A DNA stretch of 64,000 nt from Tubulanus polymorphus (taxonomy: Eukaryota > Animalia > Nemertea): assembly GCF_964204645.1 (NCBI RefSeq), contig NC_134032.1, positions 15,550,275-15,614,274 on the forward strand, in the 5' to 3' direction. The first letter of the stretch is position 1; each line of letters starts with the position of its first letter. Positions 12,633 to 24,600 of the stretch are shown piece by piece. The notes under the pieces were generated by a model. It searched no databases. It worked only from the letters and a program-made list of their open reading frames with translations, and had not been told where the DNA came from. The translations under genes were made by a program, and so were the position numbers.

Positions 12633-15600
12633 ATGAGCTACGTCATGTACCGGAAGTTGTTATTGTTGACGTTGTCTGCGGCGTACTTGCTCGTCTGTTG
12701 CGCGACCGTTGTTGCCGGTGACTACGAGAATCCGATTGCCGACGAAGATGTAAGTTAAAAGAACCATTGTTGAATTTGTTAATTCGAACTCTGCCATGGT
12801 AACAGAAAATCCATAAACCGCAAGGGCTCGTATCAGAGTTTCTGGTACAGCCTGGATTTAACAGATTATATCATGCTTGCAGTAACAGCACCTCTGATAC
12901 GAGCCCTTGTGATACCAACCACATTTTCCAATTAGTAGAATTGGTTAATTAACACGTAGTTCCGGATTTTCTAATTAGTAAAAAACGGTTAACACGACGT
13001 TTTTGGATTATATTGCTCTCTACAATCAAAGAAATATTTAAACTACCGATTTAAACACGAACAAGACGCTTAGTCTCAGATTACAAGTGCTACATTTCAA
13101 GTTAATTACGAGCGAGTGTTTAATTACTAATCAACTATTTGATACGAACTAATCATTTGTAAATATTTTCCTCTATTGTTGCAATAATAAGAGCCGGCTT
13201 CAGCGGTTGTGTGAATTATCGCTAATGTTAGTGATATTTCGATCCGATAGATGGCGAACTAGTCGATGAGTGATCTGTGTATCCGTTCTTGTTTCAGTCT
13301 CAGTTGAGTGAATGTGATTTGAAGAACTACGTGTGCCGTACATTGATGAGAATATCGAGAGATGAAACAGATTCAGAAACGAGCGAAGATCAAGAGAATT
13401 GTAAATGTGAAATGTGTTCCTCGATTTGGGATGAATCCGACGGCTATTCCTTAACGTGGACCTCCTACGAAAGACGTAAGTTGAAGTCTTAAGATTTCAG
13501 AGATAACTCACTTACCAGGGCTTGGGATGGGGATTGTCATTGATTGACTTGACCAGTATCCAGTAAGAAGGGATTAAGAAAAATCCTTAGCCAGTGCCCA
13601 GTACATCAAACACCAGAGGCCAGTTCCAAACGTACCCTTAAATCTTAAAACTGGTCTTAAGTTGTTAGATTGGCTATAGAATCCAGTTGGTCTTAGACTG
13701 GTCATATAAGTCTAAGACAAAGACCAAAAGTTAGTTCTATAGAAAATCAAACAACTTAAGATCGGTCTTAAAGATTTAAAACCACGGACTTAAGTCACGA
13801 CTGTGAAACTGGCCCCAGTGACCAATTGCCCAAACATTGATTAAACAATGGATTCTGGAGTCCATGGTTAAAGTTTAGCGGTGGACAGTTCATTAAGTGA
13901 CAATTGAAATTGAATTGTTACTATTATTGTCGACCCGTTAATTCTAAAACAATGTTTGAACAACTGGCTCCTAAACGACACGAATATATATCGAACAAAA
14001 CGACTGTTATTGTTATATTCAAATTCTGAGGTCAAGTAAATATGATTCTTTTTCATTTGTTAGTCTTTGCTTATACAATATAACAATATACAAATACTTG
14101 AAAATACTGTGAAAATAATCTATACACACTATATGGCGCTCTGGCAGTCGAGGAATTCCAAAATTTAATCTATTTTTTGTTTATATCAGAGTTTCTGAAA
14201 TTCATTACATTTCATAAAGTTACATTTATACAACACAACAGCCACTGTAGATTCCTGACCTCTACTACAATGTAGTTATCTTCTGAAGAGTTTCTGATAT
14301 CTGTGACAAAGTCGTCATCTTATAGAGAGTTTCTGTGACAGTGTAGTCATCTTCTTGTAGCATTCCTGACATCTGAGCTTAGTCCATTGTTCCATTATCA
14401 TCTATATATCATAAAGAAAAGATAAGAAATAAATTCGAGCGTTGAGTTCATAATATAAGCGCGTAAATCCAGGAAAGGTTGCTTATGACAACCTAGGTTA
14501 GCATCCGCCCCTAAAACCCAACCTTACTTTTCCCTACAATAAAAACTTTAGAAAGGTTGGGTCCCGACCGCACCATCTCTCTGAGCCCACGGCTTACATA
14601 CATGTATCCGGCAATGTTTATGGGGGACCTCACTTTCTCTTTTGGTACTACATTATTTTTGTGTCGTGCCCTTCGCATCCACTAACCTAATTGTGGTCTT
14701 ATGCCATCTGGAACAATGTAGGTATCTTCTGGAGTGTTTCTGATATCTGGGACAACGTAGGTATCTTCTGGGGGGTTTCTGACACCTGCGACAACGACGT
14801 AATCATCTTCTGGAGGATTCCTGACACCTGCGACGATGTAGGTATCTTCTGTAGGGTTAGAGACACCTGCAAAAACGTAGGTATCTTCTGGAGGGTTCAT
14901 GACATCTGGGCCAACGTAGTCATCTTCTGGAGTGTTTCTGATATCTGGGACAACGTAGGTATCTTCTGGGGGGTTTCTGACACCTGCGACAACGACGTAA
15001 TCATCTTCTGGAGGGTTCCGGACACCTGCGACAATGTAGGTAACTTCTGTAGGGTTAGAGCCACCTGCAACAACGTAGGTATCTTCTGAAGAGTTTCTTG
15101 CATCTGGAACAACGTAGGTATCTTCTGGAGGGTTCCTGACACCTGGGACAACGACATAGTCATCTTCTGGGGGATTCCGGACACCTGCGACGATGTAGGT
15201 ATCTTCTGTAGAGTTCCTAACATCTGGGCCAACGTAGGTATCTTCTGGAGAGATCCTGTCGTCAGCTGAAGTAGTTGTTGGCTGAAAATAAATCGGTAAA
15301 CAATTAGGCCTAATAATATATTCGCAAATAAAAAAAATTGAAAACAATAGAAATGTATTATTTATATTGACAAACCTTAAGTGCAACAATGTAGGTATCT
15401 TCTGGAGGGTTCCGGACACCTGCGACAATGTAGGTATCTTCTGGAGGGTTCCGGACACCTGCGACAATGTAGGTATCTTCTGGAGGGTTCCGGACACCTG
15501 CGACAATGTAGGTATCTTCTGTAGAGTACCTAACATCTGGAACAACGTATTCATCTTCTGGAGGGTTTCTGACATCTGGGCCAACGTAGTCATCTTCTGG

Positions 15601-18600
15601 AGGGTTTCTGACATCTGCGACAAGGTTGTCATCTACGTCATCATCTGTAGAGTTCCATACATCTTCGTCATCATCTGTAGAGTTCCATACATCTACGTTA
15701 TCATCTGTAGCGCTCCTTACATCTACGTCATCATCTGTAGCGTTCCTAACAACTACGTCATTCTCTGCAACGTTCCTTACATCTACGTCATCATCTGTAA
15801 CGTTGCTGACACCTGCGACAACGACATCTACAATATCTACATCATCGTAGATTTCACCGTCATCTATGTCTTCGTAGATACCGTCCTGTGTTGTGTAGAT
15901 CCTACCACCAACTCCAGAAGACGAAGGCTGAAAATAAATCGGTTAAACAATTTACAAAATATTCACAAATAAAATAAAATTTAAAAAACAATGTTAATGT
16001 ATTTATATTTACAAACCTGATAGTACATTGCCCCTGGATCGGTCGTGTTGTTACCTATAAACAATAATAGAATGTTAGATAAAATATTACATGTATTTAT
16101 TCTTATTCAAAGAACTTCCTGTTCCCGAAATCAACAGTCAAAGTATATCCAGGAGCACTCAGTTCCATTGTTATCAAATCTAATTTAACTCAAATACCCC
16201 AAACAACCCTTTTACTCTAAAGTAAAACGATAAATTACAAACCAGTATTTCTGTTCCTCAAGATCCTTCGCTGTTTGAGCATTAAGACTGTAGCTATAGC
16301 AATCACTATTACTATAAACAGGAAACCGATCCCAATAACAACTGTCACAAAACTGCTTGTATCTGTATCTGTATCTGAAACACAGAGTATGAAACTCACC
16401 TATATCAAACAGTTTCAAATTACAGACTTAAGTTTATATATTTCATTTCTACTATCTTTATCTTAAGTTTATATATTATATGTTCAACCATTTATCGTTA
16501 AGCTACCTTTAACTTGTATGACCCGCCATAGAAGTATAAACCCAGCACCGCTCCTAGAGTTGTCTGATGTGAACTGTATTCTAATATTTCCAGTGTAGGA
16601 TCGATTACCTGGAGCAGCCGACCCGCAATACTGATAACTCCCTGATGAAGAAATAAAACTGATAAAACTTTATGAATCATGAAAATCATTCACGTTGCAA
16701 AGAGTGTTTAGATTTTTACCCGTTTCATTTTTTATCGTCAACGCGTCAGAGCAACTACCGTTACTATTGGGCTGTACTTGAAAATTCGAGTCAAATGATA
16801 TTTCATGAATCTGCAAAAAGTGTATAAATTCAGCGGTGAATATAATTCAAATGTCAACAGTTATCAGTTAAGAACTGAACCCCTGAGCCCGGTTACATTT
16901 AAATTCTAATTAGGTGATAATTCAAATTAAAAATGGTTAATTCGAGTTTGTTAATTCGATGGTTAAATCGGTTTCACAAATGAGAATTAACAAAAATTAA
17001 CTGATTCAAATTAACTCCAAAGTTAATTCCAAATTAGCTTCCCATAATGCATTAGTATTATAACAAAAACAAAGTATCTTTTATAAAGTTCCCCTGTCGC
17101 TAAGTATCTTAAGATGTTTTGGTGGTACGGGGAAATTTAATTGTTCGTATCCAGGTTTAAGTTAAAACTGAATTTAGCCCCAATTGAGCTCCTACTTGTG
17201 CGGAAAACCCAACAACATTACTTTTCTCATAGACCAAATATTTACCGTGTTTCCAGGTACTGCAATTAACCATCTACAGTCCAGATTGTGGTAGTAGTTT
17301 TCCGGGTAGTTAGGGCTGGATATGACGCCTGATCTACCATTCTGTATTATAGGTGTTTTACTACATGAATCAACTACAAATAAATATTGAATTGAATTGT
17401 TTTATATGTAATTTACTGATTCCATGATAAACTTCTCATTATGAGCTACCTTTCAAATGCCGCCAAAAGAGTTTAAACCCTATCCCGCTCTCAGAGGACG
17501 CGTCTGATCTAAACTGGATGATTACACGACCGGAATAGACACGTGTAGGTGGCGCTGTATAGTTGCAATATTCATTTACTGTAAAGATACCAAGACACAA
17601 ATCAATGACATATTTTTAGCTGGATTTGCAAACGTCTATCAGAAGCAGCCACACCGCAATATTCAATACTCCCTGATGAAAAAAAATAAATCTGATAAAA
17701 CTTTATATCATAAAAATCATTCACGTTGTGAAGAGTGTTTAGATTTTTACCTGATTCACTTTTTATCGTCAACGCGTCATAGCAACGACCTTTACTTGTC
17801 TGTATATGAAAATTCGAGTGAAATGATATTTCAACCACCTGCAAAAATATGAATTCAGGGGTGAATATTATTAAAATGTCAACAATCGTCTACAGAATGT
17901 AATATACCCGTTTATATAGATCAGTTTAAACGGTCAGTTCAGGACTAAACCCCTGAGCCCGGTTAACTTTAAATTCGAATTAGGTGATAATTCAAATTAA
18001 AAATGGTTAATTCGAGTAAGTTAATTCGATTACAATTAATCAAATTCAAATTATCTCCAAAGTTGATTCCAAATTAGCTTCCCATAATGTATATTTGTCC
18101 TATAACATCAACAGAGTTTCATTTATCAAGTTCCTCTGTCGCTATATCTCTTTAGATGTTTTGGTGGTACGGGGAAATTTAATAATGTTCGTTTCCAGGT
18201 TTAAGTTAAAACTGAATTTAGCCCCAATTGAGCTCCTACTTGTGCGGAAAACCCGACAAAATTATTTTCATCATAGACCACCAAATATTTACCGTATTTT
18301 CAGGTGTTTGGATTAACCATCTACAGTCCAGTCTGCGGTAGTAGTTGTTCGGATGGTTAGGGCTGGTTATGACGCCTGATGTACCATTCTGTATTATAGG
18401 TGTTTTACTACACAGCCGCGAGTCAACTACTAATAAATATTGAATTGAATTGTTTTATATGTAATTTACTGATTCTATGATAAACTTCTCACTAATGACC
18501 TACCTTTCAAATACCGCCACAACAGTTTAAACCCACTGTAGCTGATAGAGCTGTCTGATTTAAACTTGATGATTACACGACCGAAATAGTAACGTGTAGG

Positions 18601-21600
18601 TGGCGCTGTATTGCCACAATATACATTCACTGTAAGAATAAACACACAAATTAATGATATATTTTCTATCTGGATTTGAAAACACAAATCTATCAGTAGC
18701 AGCCACACCGCAATATTCAATACTCCTTGATGATGAAATCAACCTTATCTGAAACTTCATGAATCATAAAATCATTCACGTTATGAAGAGTGTTTAGATT
18801 TTTACCAGTTTCACTTTTTATCGTCAACGCGTCATAGCAACCACCATAGCCTCCGAATAAACGAAACTTCGAGTCGAATGATATTTCAACCATCTGTAAA
18901 AATATATGAATATTCAGCATTTAATTAAAGTATAACAGTGAACATGTATGTATTGTTTACAGGATGTAGGACCCGATATATACAGAGTGTCTCAGAAAAT
19001 GTGATACACAATTCATTAACTATTACATGTAATTATTTTCTTAGGGGGGGGGGGAGAATCTGATGAGTCAAAATTCTACGATGAAACGTCGATCTCAAGT
19101 GTGCAAACAGTTACCATATTGAACAAATCTGGAGCAGCTTAATTTGTAAAGAGGACCAACAATTTTATTCAGGAGAAATTTGTCTTAGTTAATCTAATCG
19201 TCATGTCTCAAATCATGTCATATTTGAGCAAGCGGAAATAACGACTGTTTAATTTTTAACGACTCGTTTAACAATTTAACGACTGTTGATGACTTAAGGC
19301 AGGCGTCGCGACTCAAGGCCGACTTACGCGCTCCTGCGACTATCTAGTAATACCGGGATTCGAGCCCACAGTGGTAATGAGATGCGTTTTGAAGTAATTC
19401 TATTGAAGGCTTCATAGAATTTCTTATCGAGAATTTAGGTCTCCATTTGTATTCATGCTGCTTCGCTCAAAAAGACCAGCGTCCAGTTCCGCAGTTGTGA
19501 GTTTACCCGGGCTTAGGTCGGCCTTGCGACAGCTTGTGACTCACTGCGACCGCCAGCGACGATCGCGTCGCAACGACTCACCGACCTACGCTACCTTGCG
19601 ACTGCCAGCGACGCCAGTCACAATGAGTCGCACATGTTCTACTTTCTGCGACACGACACGACCGTCGCAACCGACCTGCGCTACCTTGCGACTGGCAGCA
19701 ACTAGTCGCACACAGTCGCTGACAATCGCGTCGCAACCGACTTACGCCCCCACATGTGACGCAACGCGACGATCGCGTCGCGTCGCTAGGTCGACCTACG
19801 CCCGGCTTAAACAATATGCGTTTTTCTCATAGTCCAAATATTTACCGTGTTTTCAGGAGCTACAATCTCCCATCTACAGTACAGGTTATAACCATAGTTG
19901 CCCGGGTGGTTAGGGCTGGTTATGACGCCTGATGTACCATTCTGTATTCTAGGTGTTGCACTACAAGTCGAGTCAACTGCAAATAAATATTAGATTTATT
20001 GTTTTATATGTAATTTACTGATTCTATGATAAACTTCTCACTAATGAGCTACGTACCTTTCGAATACCGCCAAACGAGTTTAAACCCTTTGTAGCTACTA
20101 GAGTTGTCTGATCTAAACTGGATGATTACACGACCGGAATAGACACGTGTAGGTGGCGTTGTATAGCCGCAATATTCATTTACTGTAAATATAAACACAC
20201 AAATCAATGATAGATTTTCAGTAGCAGCCACACCCTGTAGCCAATAATCCCTGATAAAGAAACAAATCCGATAATTCAAAAAAATATCTTAGCAGCCACA
20301 CCGCAATATTCAATACTTCCTGATGAAGAAATAAATCTGATAAAACTTTATCTATCATAAAAATCATTCACGTTATGAAGAGTGTTTAGATTTTTACCGG
20401 TTTCACTTTTTATCGTCAACGCGTCATAGCAATGACTGCTACCGCGACGTTTGGGCTCTATTTGAAAATGCGAGTCAAATGATATTTCAACCACCTGCAA
20501 AAATATATGATTTCAGTGGTGAATATTTTTCCAATGTCAACAATCGTCTACAGAATGTAATATACCCGTTTATATAGATCAGTTTTAACTTTAACCCGGA
20601 GTTATCAGTTCAGAGCTAAACGCCTGATTGTACGATATCCTGTACACTCAAAAGTGGTGAATGGATAATAAGATAAAAACCCACTATTTACAAATTAAAA
20701 TAATTTTAAAGTGGAGAATTAATTTATTCAAAAAATACAAAAGACACAACGTTTCGATCACACCCTAGAGATCATCGTCAGGTGACGATGACCGTGGCGA
20801 GACCATTTGTACATAGTCATAGTGGGTTTATCATAGAACAAATATTTACCGTATTTTCAGGTGTTTGGATTAACCATCTACAGTCCAGTCTGGTGTAGTA
20901 GCCGTTCGGGTAGTTAGGGCTGGATATGACGCCTGATGTACCATTCTGTATTATAGGTGTTTTACTACATGAATCAACTACAAATACATATTGAATTGAA
21001 TTGTTTTATATGTAATTTACTGAATCCATGATAAACTTCTCATTATGAGCTACCTTTCACAAACCACCACAACAGTTTAAACCCTTTATGGTAGCTACTA
21101 GAATTGTCTGATCTAAACTGGATGTCTACCTCACCGGAATAGTAGCGTGTAGGTGGCGCTGTATTGCCACAATATACATTTGCTGTAAAGATAAACGCAC
21201 AAATCAATGATATATTCTTAGTTATTTCTGACATAATAAATCGCAGATATTTCTTCATTCATTCGTTTAACATCGAGTCTTAAATAGAATGATTCGATTC
21301 TTACTGGAATAGCCGACGTATATGTATAATGTGTCGCGGTAGCAATAACCACTAGATGTATTTGAATCCACTTCGAAAATAGGATCAAACGATATTTCTA
21401 ATATCTGAAATTAAAATTAGTCACGTGGTTATTTTATTATTGTTCAAATATTTCTGCTACATTCTAACTGCTAGTTGTCATTAAGGGTTACCCCTGTTTA
21501 TAATATGTGATGTAATGTAATAGTTAAACAGTTCAGCACCCGATTTGGTGCTGGTTCCAGTGGAGATATAAATTCCACACTTTTTACAATAGTAAAATTT

Positions 21601-24600
21601 TAATCAGTCCAAATTGGACTGATAAAAATATTTTTGATTATATTTCTAGTTTTCCTAACAGTGAAAGTTTTTCTAGTTTTCCAACCGTGAATATATTTCA
21701 GAACTTCTTGTATTTTATATTTACCATGTTTTGAGGTGTATCAATCCGCCATCTACAGAACAGATTGTCGCCATAGTTACCCGGGTAGTTAGGACTGGTT
21801 ATGACGCCAGAAGTTCCGTTCTGTATTCTACCTGGCCACCAGCGGCTACAACTCGAGTCGATGTCATCTGTCAATACTGTATAGAAAAATACCCGTAGAT
21901 CTATAAACTTATAAAGCGGTAGTTAGTAGGACTAACTCAACTGATAATGAATTTAGTTAGCCTTCGGGTCGAGGTTAATACCAGTCTATAAAAAAGAGAA
22001 CTGGTCATCAGTTCCCACACCACATTGATCACCAGGTCACCACAACTGACTAGTCATCAGTCACCATAACTAAATAGTCACAACACTGACCAGACAAAAA
22101 ATCAGTCATCGCTTTATGGTATAGTGGTTAGAGTGATCGCCCGGTTATCGTGAGGTCACGGGTTCGAGGCTGAGGTTAGGCTTGTTAACATCCTCTAGCT
22201 AGGTGCTGATGCTAAGTTCCCGGGATAAAAAATATCTTTTGATTTTGATTAATGAAATATGTTTTTAATCTTTTAAATCATGTATATTGTGGTTTTTAAA
22301 CCTATTGTCAATTCTCCTAACGTCAGTTTGACCGGTGCGATTCTACCAATAGGTAGTTGCTGTTTTGAGAAAATGTATTCATTTTTTGAAATAAACAACT
22401 GTCCTTGAAACGAGTTCCGGAACAACGCGTCATACTGGCCGTTTAGTGAGGTAATAAAGTGACCGTTTGAGACCATTAGTTTAGAGAGTTCCTCAGATTG
22501 GCACCCGCACCGCGGCATTGATCAAACAGTTCTAACCTATGTGACGGCACTGATCTCAATAATTTAACTCTAAAATTCATCTACATCAACAAATTTAATC
22601 AGTATTAAGTGATATTGATATTATTTGCGCGCTTACCTTGAGAATTCTCGACGAATAAAATTACAGCGACCACAAACAAACTCTTCATCATCAACTCCAT
22701 ATTCAAACAGATACTCGCGATAAATACTCAACAACTGAACTGTGAACTACTACCAAAAGACTGCGCCTTTTCACAGAGACCGATACGATCAGCTTTATGA
22801 ATCAGAAAACTGAGTTGGTCTTTAAATAGTAATTTCATTTCCTTGTTTCAATCTAGAAACGATAAGAATCGCTGTTGTCACTCCGCCAGCATCATCATCA
22901 TTTATCATCATTATATGTTCATGTAAATACTGGCTTTATTTAGAGAATTATTAAGGATTAAATTGTCTCTCCATCATCACACTCAGTGTAACACAAATAG
23001 ATAAAGCCAAAAAACCACATAAACAGGATCTTCCTTATGTACCTTTGATAAAGTTAATGGACGATGAATAGAATCAAAACTTCGAAGTAAAGAAAACTGC
23101 ATTTTAGATAATAGTTTAATTTCCTTAATTATCTCTCTGATTTATGGTATAATCACCAGGATAATTATCTGCCCATCAGGAAACACAGACACTGGTGCTG
23201 CGGGATATTTATTTATAAACTGATAAATCAAACTTTTAAATAAAAACCAATATTTCGATGACTTCACTATCAAACGTCGCGTGTCAATCTCACAATAAAA
23301 AACCCGAAATAAAACAAGGAAATACAAGTCTAAATTACTCCGAACATTCAGTTTTACATTAAGGGTTTGACATATATGTTGGTTTTATTTCTATGATACG
23401 TAAAGACAATAATTCAGTTTTCTCCTAAATACCATTCAGTTCAGTTGTTATCAACACGGTAATTACTGTTTGAAGTTTTTAGTGCGTTTTTGATATTTCT
23501 AAAATTTTTCATCGCGTCTTTAACATTGTTTTATTCCTATGATAGAATGTTAAGACAAAAATAGTTAACTGATTTACGGTGGATAGTGGTAGATTTGACT
23601 ACTTGTCTCATAAGTACAGCTCCATTACTCCGATGTAGCTGCTTTGTACTAATAGCGAAAGCTACATAATTTACCCGCGGAAGCTACTAATTAAGGCCAG
23701 TCAAATCAACTATGGAACTAAGTTGTTCTTAGATATTGATTATACCCTGGAGCCAGTTGCATAGTCGTGACTTAAGTCCAAAAGTGGTCTTAAATCTTAA
23801 GACTGGTTATATTAGCTACAGAACTAAGTTGGTCTTAGACTGGTCTTAAGTCTAAGCCATGACTATGCAACCAGCCCTGGTTGCACAGTCGTGGCTAAAA
23901 GTCCAAAAGTGGTCTTAAATCTTAAGACTGATCTTAACTTGTTAGTTTGGCTATAGATCCAATTTGGTCGTAGACTGGTCTTGTCTAAGCCCTGACTGTG
24001 CAAACAGATCCCAGGTTAACCAACAGCTCATCCAAAACTAAGCTAGTGAAAGTCTACATCTCGTTGAATCGACTCCGGAATTTTCCACTCTTCCAGGTGA
24101 CCAACAGTTTCAATACAAATTCTGTTCAAACATCACAAACACGCGACAGTGCCAGAACGAAACCATCGCTGCTCAGCTAATTACCGATGTGAAACGTTGG
24201 AATCCACGAATGGACGCGGTATTCTGTCGGTGTCCACGTGACGAGTATTGGTTGGACGGATGGAGACGAGACAATGGAGTCTGGAGTTACATTTACACCT
24301 GTTATAAGGTATTATCATATATACAGTCATTTATTATATCTAAGCAACGTTTCGGCATAGGGACTATAAGCCATCATCTGGCGTAAAATGAATTAACAAG
24401 ATTTGAGCCTGATGATTATGGCTTATAGTCTTAAGCCGAAAACGTCGCTCAAATATATAAACCTTTTACTCAATAATTTTACACTGTTGGCTGAATTATT
24501 GTAAGATCTACGTGTAGTGGTAAAAGTGCAGATCTGCACCTCTCCGCGTAAACGGTTCAATCAATTACATTAAATATCATTGTTTCAGATTCAAAATGTC

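Noticed and set aside
14691-15972. Plus-strand Cys/Trp-rich repeat ORFs, and the N-terminal half of ORF 14682-15632
   Set aside because: Antisense or off-frame shadows of the receptor tail repeats; the spliced frame is fixed by the upstream exons.
22821-22828. TATTTAAA as TATA box of the CUB receptor gene
   Set aside because: Plausible position, but such motifs are too frequent in AT-rich DNA to support without TSS data.
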